Shown here: piece after piece, positions 55,701-64,000 of the stretch
Layout of the letters: each line of letters begins with the position of its first letter
How positions within the stretch are numbered: position 1 is the stretch's first letter
Origin: a bacterium
Lineage (GTDB): Bacteria > Patescibacteriota > Microgenomatia > Woykebacterales > RBG-16-39-9b
NCBI GenBank assembly: GCA_030704665.1
Contig: JAUYID010000009.1
Coordinates: 522,460 to 586,459 of the forward strand
DNA: 64,000 bases
Reading direction: 5' to 3'
Position numbers and translations under genes: made by a program
Notes under the pieces: generated by a model
Told to the model about the DNA's origin: nothing
Database searches by the model: none
What the model saw: only the letters and a program-made list of their open reading frames with translations

Positions 55701-56008
55701 ATTATAGCGCAGGAAGTCAAAATTTAAACCCCAAAAACTGATCTGGTTTGGTTGTGAAAAGAGTCTTTTTGCCTGAGTTGACAGACGACCAAAAAAGAGA
55801 CGACAATATAACCAGAAAAGACACGAATGACCTGCCACGTACCAGATCAAAAAAATGTAAGTCTAATTCAACAAAGCGAATTAACTTACAGTCCGGGGCT
55901 AGGTTGAAAGTTACCAAGGAAAGTCTCGGTGCATGGCCTGCTCGGGGCCCATTCGATTTTCCTCTTTATTAAACTTAAATACTTGCCCGAGCAAAGGAAG
56001 GGTTTTAT

Positions 56009-56629
56009 ATGGCTCCTGTTCTTTACCGACGCCAGCGAGATCTGGTTGAATTTGTCTCTCAATTTATGCAAAAAAATGGTTATGCCCCGACACTAGCTGA
56101 AATATGCGACGGTCTTGGTTTGCGCTCCCCAGCTACAGTTCACGAACACATTGCCAATTTGATCCGAAAAGGGGTTTTGAAAAAAACTGAAGGCACTCGC
56201 CGTGGTATTGAGGTAGTTGATCAAAGGGCGATGGGCTGGGTCCCGGTTGGGGTGGAACTTCCCCTCAGCGGGCGTATTGCTGCCGGTCAGCCCATTGAGG
56301 CCATTGACGATCCTGCCTCAACGATCACGGTTCCGGCCGACCTGGTCGGCAACAAACGCTCCTTTGTTCTTCAGGTCAAAGGCAATTCCATGATTGAGGC
56401 AGCCATTCTCGATGGCGATTTTGTCGTCTGTGAACAAGTTGAAAGCGCCGACAACGGCGAAATCGTTGTGGCTCTACTGAACAACGGCACCTTTGCCACA
56501 CTCAAGCGTTTTTTCAAAGAAGCTGACCACATCCGTCTTGAACCAGCCAATTCAACCATGAACCCACTCATTGTCCGCGATGTCCAAATCCAGGGTAAAG
56601 TAGTTGGGGTAATTCGTAAGTATCACTAA
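56009..56629 (+). CDS. lexA: SOS repressor LexA
   Basis: GYAPT..EI...S.ATV.EH; IAAGQP cleavage site; GNSM; ATLKR. Confidence 0.96.
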   Translation: MAPVLYRRQRDLVEFVSQFMQKNGYAPTLAEICDGLGLRSPATVHEHIANLIRKGVLKKTEGTRRGIEVVDQRAMGWVPVGVELPLSGRIAAGQPIEAIDDPASTITVPADLVGNKRSFVLQVKGNSMIEAAILDGDFVVCEQVESADNGEIVVALLNNGTFATLKRFFKEADHIRLEPANSTMNPLIVRDVQIQGKVVGVIRKYH

Positions 56630-56655
56630 CAGCGGGTAACCACCTCCTTCAATCC

Positions 56656-56690
56656 TGATACTTGATACTTGATACTTGATACTTGATACC
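56656..56690 (+). repeat. Heptamer tandem repeat (TGATACT)x5
   Basis: Read directly from the sequence; the last copy is TGATACC. Confidence 0.9.
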
Positions 56691-56705
56691 TTTAGAATAA
56701 AGCTA

Positions 56706-58082
56706 ATGCCTGAGGAGATAATTGAGAAAGTCGCCGAGTCCCCGGCGGTTGCTGTTGAAGCCGCTATTGATACTTCCAAAAAAGTTTCTGAGACTATTGC
56801 CAACCAAGCCCCGGTCAAAAAGGCCAATGAATACTGGCGCATGCTTGGTCCTGGCCTGACTACCGGCGCAGCCGACGATGATCCTTCGGGAATTGCTACC
56901 TACTCTCAAACTGGTGCCCGTTACGGCTTTCAACTGCTTTGGCTTGCGGCTTTTACCTTTCCCCTGATGGCAGTGGTCCAAGAAATGTGTGCTCGCATTG
57001 GTCTAGTTACCGGTCGGGGACTAGCTGCCAACATCCGCCTCAACTATCCAAAATGGGTTCTCTACACTTGTACTGCTCTTCTTTTCGCAGCCAACACTTT
57101 GAACCTGGGTGCTGACCTTGGAGCTATGGCCAAAGCCACCCAACTTTTGCGCCCAGATCTTAATTTTGGCTTTTTGGTAGCTGGCTTTGCCATTCTCAGT
57201 TTAGTCCTGCAAATTTTTACGACTTATGACAAATACGCCAAATATTTAAAGTGGCTCGCCCTTTTCCTTCTTTCTTACGTTCTGGCTGCTTTCATGATCA
57301 AAGGAATCGATTGGAGTCAAGTTTTCAAAGCTAGTCTGTTACCTCAACTTCAGCTAAACAAAGAACAAATTCTTCTCGTTTGTGGGATTTTGGGAACCAC
57401 TATCTCCCCTTATTTATTTTTCTGGCAAACTTCTCAAGAGGTTGAGGAAGAGGTTCTCGAAGGTAAGACGACAATTCAACTGCGTCAGCAAGAAACAAGC
57501 CAAGAAGAGATTCGAAAAATGAGAGTCGATGTTTGGTCAGGAATGTTTTTGTCCAATCTAGTCATGTTTTTCATTATTTTGACAACAGCCGCGGTTTTGT
57601 TTTCCAACGGTATTACTCAAATTGCTTCGGCTGCTGATGCTGCGGCCGCACTTAGGCCTCTAGCTGGGCCCTTTGCCTACTATCTTTTTGCTGCCGGCAT
57701 CATCGGAACTGGTCTTTTGGCGGTTCCAATCCTCGCCGGCTCAGCTTCTTACGCCATGAGTGAGAGCTTCCGCTGGAAATACGGTCTCTACCGCAAGCTC
57801 AAAGAAGCTTACGCTTTTTATGGGGTCATCATCATTGCCATGCTTATTGGTCTGGCTATCAATTTCTTTGGCATTGACCCGATCAAGGCGTTGCTCTATT
57901 CGGCGGTTCTCAACGGCCTGATTGCCCCGGTCGTACTGATTTTAATTGTTCTGATTAGTAGCAACAAAAAAGTTATGGGGGAAAGGAAAAATGGTTTGCT
58001 GACCACTAGCTTAGGCTGGCTTATTACTCTAGTAATGACTGTGGTTGGTCTGGCTGCTTTAGTTTCTCTCCTCATCCTATAA
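56706..58082 (+). CDS. NRAMP family divalent metal transporter
   Basis: GPGL.TGAADDDPSGIATYSQ.GA, GTTISPYLFFWQ. Confidence 0.92.
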   Translation: MPEEIIEKVAESPAVAVEAAIDTSKKVSETIANQAPVKKANEYWRMLGPGLTTGAADDDPSGIATYSQTGARYGFQLLWLAAFTFPLMAVVQEMCARIGLVTGRGLAANIRLNYPKWVLYTCTALLFAANTLNLGADLGAMAKATQLLRPDLNFGFLVAGFAILSLVLQIFTTYDKYAKYLKWLALFLLSYVLAAFMIKGIDWSQVFKASLLPQLQLNKEQILLVCGILGTTISPYLFFWQTSQEVEEEVLEGKTTIQLRQQETSQEEIRKMRVDVWSGMFLSNLVMFFIILTTAAVLFSNGITQIASAADAAAALRPLAGPFAYYLFAAGIIGTGLLAVPILAGSASYAMSESFRWKYGLYRKLKEAYAFYGVIIIAMLIGLAINFFGIDPIKALLYSAVLNGLIAPVVLILIVLISSNKKVMGERKNGLLTTSLGWLITLVMTVVGLAALVSLLIL

Positions 58083-58443
58083 CTGATTTTATTTCTTCCA
58101 AAACCTTCGCTGGAGAAGCTGAACTTTTAATAATGTAAGCCTTAGCCCCCAAGGAAAGTGCTTTTGTAAGCAGGGGATCGTCGTCCAAGTTGCTCAGGAC
58201 AATCACGTTTAAATCTCTAGTTTTGTTGTCCTCTTTTAGCTCTTGAAGCACTTGGAAGCCATCCTTTTCCGGCATCATGATATCAAGCAGCAAAAGATCA
58301 AAGCTCTCCTTTTTCGCTATCTCCAAAGCTTCGTTACCATTGGTGGCAATTTTGACCCGATAGCCACCCTTGGAAAGCATCCGTTCGTAAAGGTTGCGGA
58401 TAAACTGGTCGTCTTCAACTAAAAGAACTTTTTTTTCTTCCAC
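58072..58443 (-). CDS. Single-domain response regulator
   Basis: LLVEDD...LLLDIMMPEKDG...GAKAYIIK. Confidence 0.92.
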   Translation of the reverse strand: MEEKKVLLVEDDQFIRNLYERMLSKGGYRVKIATNGNEALEIAKKESFDLLLLDIMMPEKDGFQVLQELKEDNKTRDLNVIVLSNLDDDPLLTKALSLGAKAYIIKSSASPAKVLEEIKSVIG

Positions 58444-59066
58444 TATTTTTTCCTCATTTTCTTGTAAAAGTAGATAACCACTAAGATTATAACGATAGCA
58501 ATGATGACGATGTCAAATTTGCGGAAAAAAGGTCCAATGCTGTGCCAGTTTTCACGCAGTTTCAAACCAATGTAAGTAAGCAAAGCCGACCAAAGAAAGG
58601 ATCCCAAAAAGGTCAGTGGAATAAAGGTTTTCAAAGGTAGTTTGGTGATTCCAGCTGGCAAAGAAATAAAAGTTCTAACTATCGGAAGAATACGGCTGAA
58701 AAAAACCAAGGGGCTGCCGTATTTTTTAAACCATTTGACGGAAAACTCGTAGTCCTCTTCAGAAAGTAGCAAAAACTTACCCCAACTCCTGATAAATTTC
58801 CGCACGTAATGGTCCTGACCCCAGTAGCCAAGACCGTAAGCAAGCAAACTCCCAACCAGGTTTCCCGCCGCACCGACGCTCACTACCAACCAAAAAGAAA
58901 ACTTACCCTGAAAAGCGAGTAGTCCCGAAAAGGGCATAATGATTTCAGAAGGAATTGGAATCAGAGCTGACTCCGCGGTCATAAAAAGAAAGACTCCCCA
59001 ATAGCCCGTAGCGGCAATGGTTTCTACTATTAAATTGGTAGCGGTATTGATCAAGCTCTCAAGCAT
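58443..59066 (-). CDS. DedA family membrane protein
   Basis: ESALIPIPSEIIMPFSG, R.LP.VRTFISLPAG. Confidence 0.92.
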   Translation of the reverse strand: MLESLINTATNLIVETIAATGYWGVFLFMTAESALIPIPSEIIMPFSGLLAFQGKFSFWLVVSVGAAGNLVGSLLAYGLGYWGQDHYVRKFIRSWGKFLLLSEEDYEFSVKWFKKYGSPLVFFSRILPIVRTFISLPAGITKLPLKTFIPLTFLGSFLWSALLTYIGLKLRENWHSIGPFFRKFDIVIIAIVIILVVIYFYKKMRKK

Positions 59067-59133
59067 AAATTAATAATACCAGTTTTGGTCCTCAGTTTGC
59101 TCAGTGTCAGTTTAGTTTGCTATCATTGCCAAG

Positions 59134-59808
59134 ATGGCTCTTTATCTTATCGCTACCCCAATTGGAAATTTGGCTGATATCAGTCAAAGGGCTTTAGAAA
59201 CTTTGGAAAAAGTGGATTTAATTTTAGCTGAAGATACCAGAAAAACAGGTCTCCTGCTTCAGCATTACAAAATCAGAAAACCCCTTTTTTCATTTCATGA
59301 GCACAATGAAGTGGACAAACTTGGTCAGGTACTACAAATGCTGACCGAAGGCAAAGAAATTGCCTTAGTTTCTGATGCTGGAACGCCAACTATTTCTGAT
59401 CCAGGCTTTAAACTCGTGCGCGAGGCGACTGCCGCCGGAGTATCAGTAACTTCTCTTCCTGGTGCCTCGGCCGTTTTAGCTGCCTTGACTATCTCCGGAT
59501 TACCAACCGATAGGTTTCTTTATTTAGGTTATTTACCTAAGTCAGGCGGAAAAGCTGAGAAACTACTCACCCAAGCCAGCCAGGCAGTGGCAATTTTGCC
59601 CTCGACAATTGTAATTTTCGAAAGTCCCCATCGTCTGACAAAAACTCTTGAAAAACTGGCCAGGTTTTTTCCAAAGGCGGATCTAGCAGTAACAAAAGAG
59701 TTGACCAAAATTCATGAAACAGTCGTGCGGGGCAAGCCTGGAGAGCTATTTGAGAAGTTTAAGACGGAGACGATCAAAGGGGAGTTTACTTTAGTACTGC
59801 GAAATTAA
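59134..59808 (+). CDS. rsmI: 16S rRNA (cytidine1402-2'-O)-methyltransferase
   Basis: LYLIATPIGNL.DIS.RA, AEDTR, VSDAGTP.ISDPG, ESPHR, ELTK.HE. Confidence 0.95.
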   Translation: MALYLIATPIGNLADISQRALETLEKVDLILAEDTRKTGLLLQHYKIRKPLFSFHEHNEVDKLGQVLQMLTEGKEIALVSDAGTPTISDPGFKLVREATAAGVSVTSLPGASAVLAALTISGLPTDRFLYLGYLPKSGGKAEKLLTQASQAVAILPSTIVIFESPHRLTKTLEKLARFFPKADLAVTKELTKIHETVVRGKPGELFEKFKTETIKGEFTLVLRN

Positions 59809-61362
59809 ATTTCTCCCGGTCATAGTACTTGGTTTGGCAATTCCCATCAAAGACAGCAACGTTGGTCCGACATCGGCTAAGATTCCCGAAAGCAGTTGTT
59901 TACTTGACATGTTGCCAAACTGTTCCGCGATGATGACCGCTGGTACTGGATTGGTGGTGTGTTCGGTATCGGCCGCTCCAGTGGTAGGATTTACCATCAA
60001 CTCGGCGTTACCATGATCGGCAGTAATGACTGCTCCCCCACCCAAACCGAGGATTGTCGGAATCAGTTTTCCCAAACATTTATCAACACTCTCAATTGCT
60101 TTGACCGTTGCTGGTATTGAACCGGTGTGGGCGACCATGTCGGGATTGGCGAAATTGATCATGATAAACTCATAGGATTGTTCACGCAGTTTACTGTTGA
60201 CATAATCAGTTATTTCGGCAGCCGACATTTCTGGCTTTAAATCATAAGTCGCTACGTGCGGGGAGGGAATGTGGACCCGATCCTCCATCTGAAAAGGGTC
60301 CTCCTGACCACCATTGAAAAAGTAAGTCACATGAGCATATTTTTCCGTTTCCCCAATGTGGAGTTGACGTTTATTCATGAAAGAAACTATTGAAGCGAGG
60401 GGTGAGTTTACCTTGACGTGGGGGAAAGCAATTGACGAAACCGGCAGAGCTTTTTCATACTCAGTCATGGCGACAAAATAAAGATCATTGAGTTTTTTTC
60501 GTTCAAACTCGGTAAAGTTGGGCAAAACAAAGGCTCGGGTAAGCTGTCGCGGCCGGTCAGGGCGAAAGTTAAAAAAAATGAGGCTGTCCTTCTCTTTGAT
60601 CAATTTTGGGGCGAGCGCGCCAGGTTGAATTACAGTTGGGGGGACAAACTCATCAGTAATATTTTTAGCGTAAGAATTTTGAATTGCGGCCGCGGCCGTT
60701 GGCGCTTTTTCACCACTACCTACAGTCAAAGCTTGATAGGCTACCTTGATTCTTTCCCAATGTTTGTCACGATCCATCGCCCAGTAACGCCCCATGATAG
60801 TACTGATTTGTCCAATCCCCAAACTGGACAGTTTGTTTTCTAGTTCCCCGATTAGTTGTAGTGAAGCGTTGGGTGGTGAGTCGCGACCATCGGTAAAAAG
60901 ATGCAGGGAGAGGTTCTCAATTTTTGCCTCCTTAGCAAGCCAAAGTAGGGCGTAGAGGTGATCCATACTTGAGTGGACCACGCCTGTCCCAATCAAACCC
61001 ATCAAGTGGAGGGTAGTTTGATTGTCTTTGGCATGTTTAACCGCTGCCTGAAGAGCTTGATTGGACAAAAAGGTTCCATCGGCGATAGCTTGATTGATTC
61101 GAGGCAACTCCTGGTAGACAATTCTTCCTGCCCCTAAATTCAAGTGCCCAACCTCGGAATTACCAGCTTCTCCTTTGGGCAAGCCCACCGCCTCACCTGA
61201 AGCCTCCAAACGCGTGTGAGGATAAGTATTGTAGTAGTTGTCCCAGTTGGGCTTATTAGCTAGACTAATCGCGTTTCCAGGTCCGGGGGCAGCGATTCCC
61301 CAACCATCAAGGACAACCAAAACGACAGGATTGACAGGTTTTATTTGCACTCTGTTTATCAT
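59791..61362 (-). CDS. gpmI: 2,3-bisphosphoglycerate-independent phosphoglycerate mutase
   Basis: LDGWG, GNSEVGH, DGRD, ETEKYAHVT, NPDMVAH, TADHGNAE. Confidence 0.96.
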   Translation of the reverse strand: MINRVQIKPVNPVVLVVLDGWGIAAPGPGNAISLANKPNWDNYYNTYPHTRLEASGEAVGLPKGEAGNSEVGHLNLGAGRIVYQELPRINQAIADGTFLSNQALQAAVKHAKDNQTTLHLMGLIGTGVVHSSMDHLYALLWLAKEAKIENLSLHLFTDGRDSPPNASLQLIGELENKLSSLGIGQISTIMGRYWAMDRDKHWERIKVAYQALTVGSGEKAPTAAAAIQNSYAKNITDEFVPPTVIQPGALAPKLIKEKDSLIFFNFRPDRPRQLTRAFVLPNFTEFERKKLNDLYFVAMTEYEKALPVSSIAFPHVKVNSPLASIVSFMNKRQLHIGETEKYAHVTYFFNGGQEDPFQMEDRVHIPSPHVATYDLKPEMSAAEITDYVNSKLREQSYEFIMINFANPDMVAHTGSIPATVKAIESVDKCLGKLIPTILGLGGGAVITADHGNAELMVNPTTGAADTEHTTNPVPAVIIAEQFGNMSSKQLLSGILADVGPTLLSLMGIAKPSTMTGRNLISQY

Positions 61363-61473
61363 AGCGGCAAGGACCTTGAGTTTTCAAGGAAGAAGAGGGT
61401 GTTGCTCGATGGAGACAGCTTTGCTATCATATCTCGATGTGCCTTTTTTAGGTCACTGACAACTTGAAGTCTA

Positions 61474-62211
61474 ATGGAAGTAACTTTTTTTGCTGAAAAA
61501 CTTTTTAGTCTTGGTCCACTACCAGTCACCAACACCTTGTTGACAACTTGGCTGGTGAGCTTGCTGTTGATCACTTTTGCTTTCCTTTCAACAAGGAGAG
61601 TCTCTTTGGTTCCTTCTGGTTTACAAAATTTCGCGGAGATGATCGTTGAGGCTCTCTGGGAACAGATTGAGTCCTTGGCAGGAAAAGAGAAGGCCAAAAC
61701 CTTTTTCCCAATCTTGGCTACTTTGTTTATCTTTATTATTACTGCCAATTATTTTGGTCTTTTACCCATTGTCTCTGGTTTTGGTTTGAAAGAAATCCAC
61801 GAAGGAAAGGAAACCATTGTTCCTCTCTTTAGGTCAATAAATTCTGATCTAAACGTTACTCTGGCTCTCTCGCTTACTTCAGTTGCTTTTACTCATTATT
61901 TTGCCGTCACGGGCTTAGGGGTAGTTGCTTATCTAAAAAGATACTTTAGTCTCAACCCCATCTATCTTTTTGTTGGTCTTCTTGAGCTTGTCTCGGAACT
62001 AACTAAATTAGTTTCTCTTTCCTTCCGACTTTTTGGCAATATTTTTGCAGGAGAAGCGCTCCTCTCAACTGTTTCCAGTTTGGCCGCCTTTGTGGTACCA
62101 TTACCGTTCCTGTTCTTGGAGCTGCTCGTTGGCTTTGTCCAAGCAACTGTTTTTATGATGTTAACTTTAGTTTTCATGCTAATTCTGACTGAAAAGCATG
62201 AGTCTCATTAA
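61474..62211 (+). CDS. atpB: ATP synthase F0 subunit a
   Basis: SLSFRLFGNIFAGE, GFVQA.VF.ML. Confidence 0.95.
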   Translation: MEVTFFAEKLFSLGPLPVTNTLLTTWLVSLLLITFAFLSTRRVSLVPSGLQNFAEMIVEALWEQIESLAGKEKAKTFFPILATLFIFIITANYFGLLPIVSGFGLKEIHEGKETIVPLFRSINSDLNVTLALSLTSVAFTHYFAVTGLGVVAYLKRYFSLNPIYLFVGLLELVSELTKLVSLSFRLFGNIFAGEALLSTVSSLAAFVVPLPFLFLELLVGFVQATVFMMLTLVFMLILTEKHESH

Positions 62212-62215
62212 TTGA

Positions 62216-62443
<228 letters not shown>

Positions 62444-62468
62444 GTAGTTTTTAAAAGAAAGACTTTGT

Positions 62469-62966
62469 ATGCAGATAATCGAACAGTTCGGAATTAACCC
62501 AATTCTTATTCTAGCAAATATCGTTAATTTTCTGATTTTGCTATTGGTTCTGCGTGTCTTTCTTTATAAACCAATCCTTAAAATGCTTGAGACTCGAAAA
62601 GAAAAAATCGCCATTTCAATGAAACAAGCTGAGGAAATCGAAAAAAAGCTTTCCAAAGCTGCCGAAGAGCAAGAAAAAATCCTCAAGAAAGCCAATGAAG
62701 AAGCCGCTCTTCTAGTCAATGAAGCTTCCGAAGAAGCCAAGGTACTACTCGAAAAAACCAGAAATGAAACCAAAGAGGTCTCCAAGACAGCTATGGAGCA
62801 AACCAAAGCTATGGTTAGCAGTGAAAAAGAAAAAATGATGTCAGAGATCAAAGCAGATTTGGCCGGTCTAGTCGTCTCAACGATGACTAAAATGACCGGA
62901 AAAGTCCTCACTGCTGAGGATCAAAAACGTCTCGTCGTTGAAGCAGAAAAGGATTTACTTAAATGA
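62469..62966 (+). CDS. atpF: ATP synthase F0 subunit b
   Basis: NF.ILL..L..FLYKPI..ML..R followed by a coiled coil. Confidence 0.93.
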   Translation: MQIIEQFGINPILILANIVNFLILLLVLRVFLYKPILKMLETRKEKIAISMKQAEEIEKKLSKAAEEQEKILKKANEEAALLVNEASEEAKVLLEKTRNETKEVSKTAMEQTKAMVSSEKEKMMSEIKADLAGLVVSTMTKMTGKVLTAEDQKRLVVEAEKDLLK

Positions 62967-63361
62967 AGACTAAAATACTCAAGCTAGCGAAAAAATCTCT
63001 CCAAGCTTCTTTTGCCAAAGGCAGACTTGAACCTGCTTTAGTTTCAGAGCAAATTAAAGTGATTAAAAAGGAATACCCTAGCGAAACTCTGAACTTGCTT
63101 CGAGCCTACCGCAAGCTGCTGAGGGCAAAACTAGCCAAACAAACGGTTCTTGTCGAAAGCTCTCTTCCTCTGAACCAGGATTTAGTTGCCGATATCGAAG
63201 CTGAAATCAAAAAGAAATTCGGCGCGGACAAAACAGTTACTTTCAGGACTAACGAAACTACTCTCGGTGGCTTGCGTTTAAAACTTGGGGATGACATCCT
63301 GGACTATTCTTTAGCAGGAAAACTTAATGAATTGAAGGAGGCTTTTAGTCAACATGGCTGA
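62963..63361 (+). CDS. atpH: ATP synthase delta subunit (short)
   Basis: [19 protein letters not shown]. Confidence 0.88.
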   Translation: MKTKILKLAKKSLQASFAKGRLEPALVSEQIKVIKKEYPSETLNLLRAYRKLLRAKLAKQTVLVESSLPLNQDLVADIEAEIKKKFGADKTVTFRTNETTLGGLRLKLGDDILDYSLAGKLNELKEAFSQHG

Positions 63362-64000
63362 GCAAATTTTGAGTCAACTGGAAAAAGAAATTTCTGAGTT
63401 AAAACTCTCGGGTCAAAAAAAGAACGTTGGTACTATTGAAAGTGTCAGCGACGGGGTCGCTATTGTTTCCGGTTTGAGTGACGTGGTTTACAATGAATTG
63501 GTCAAACTTCCAGGCGGTTTGACTGGACTAGCCTTGAATTTGGAAGAAAATAGTGTTGGTATTGTTGTCTTTGGTGACTATAAAAGCTTAAGAGAAGGTG
63601 ATCAGGTCGAAACCACCGGTACGGTTCTGAAGGTTCCGGTCGGACAGGCCTTGGTGGGACGCGTTGTCAATGCTCTTGGAGAACCAATCGACGGAAAAGG
63701 CGCTGTAAAAGCCACCGAAAGCTTCCCAATCGAAAAAGTTGCTCCTGGTGTTATTACCCGTGAAAGTGTTAAGACTCCCCTGCAAACCGGTATCATTGCT
63801 ATTGACGGTATGATACCAATTGGCCGGGGCCAGAGGGAACTCATCATTGGGGATCGAGGCTTGGGCAAAACCGCGATCACTCTCGACACAATCATTAACC
63901 AAAAGGGAACTGGTGTGACCTGTATCTATGTCGCCATCGGCCAAAAAACCAGCAAGATCGCCCAGATCATTGATACCCTCGAAAAATATGGTGCTATGAA
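63354..64000 (+). CDS. atpA: ATP synthase alpha subunit, 3' end outside the window
   Basis: MAEQIL...VSDGVA...[12 protein letters not shown]...[18 protein letters not shown]. Confidence 0.95.
   Translation, partial: MAEQILSQLEKEISELKLSGQKKNVGTIESVSDGVAIVSGLSDVVYNELVKLPGGLTGLALNLEENSVGIVVFGDYKSLREGDQVETTGTVLKVPVGQALVGRVVNALGEPIDGKGAVKATESFPIEKVAPGVITRESVKTPLQTGIIAIDGMIPIGRGQRELIIGDRGLGKTAITLDTIINQKGTGVTCIYVAIGQKTSKIAQIIDTLEKYGAM

Noticed and set aside
55085-55955. RNase P RNA or tmRNA
   Set aside because: GAGGAAACTC (minus) and AAGGAAAGTC (plus) resemble the P4 5' strand but have no room or partner downstream; there is no tRNA-like GGGG...TTCGA...CCACCA ends for tmRNA.
55209-55972. Short ORFs in the uvrB-lexA gap (55209-55556, 55269-55478, 55617-55850, 55748-55972)
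   Set aside because: No recognisable motifs or start signals, and they overlap on both strands; better explained as by-products of structured non-coding sequence.
61359-61748. Antisense or shadow ORFs over atpB, atpA, uvrA, uvrB, lon, typA and others
   Set aside because: They lie opposite well-supported conserved genes and show no independent coding signal.

Overview
This 64-kb window looks like chromosomal DNA from a small-genome Patescibacteria/CPR-type bacterium, probably Microgenomates-like. That assignment is inferred from the gene set, the short UvrC and AtpH, and the many near-leaderless promoters. It carries a cell-wall cluster (MurT, two lysozyme-like paralogs, two FemAB), 13 intact tRNA genes, typA, lon, secG, uvrABC/lexA, rsmI, gpmI and the start of the atp operon. 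Accessory cargo includes a MunI-like C-R-M restriction-modification island, a heliorhodopsin, an orphan HicB whose HicA was deleted, and an NDT-like/methyltransferase fusion between uvrB and uvrA. The most unusual signal is non-coding. At least 6 of the 13 tRNA loci are accompanied by pieces of a cognate tRNA. At four of them (Val-UAC, Phe-GAA, Leu-UAA, Arg-UCG) the intact tRNA sits nested between the 5' and 3' pieces of a broken copy. The broken copies are interrupted by about nine members of one short hairpin family, 5'-TA(G/A)(G/A)-stem/loop-(C/T)(C/T)TG(C)-3', which shows compensatory changes. This is a candidate undescribed tRNA-targeting mini-element and tRNA-replacement system. A second candidate is a ~0.6-0.9 kb helix-rich region between uvrB and lexA with no credible ORF, a possible large ncRNA. 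All calls were made by eye; no database searches were run.
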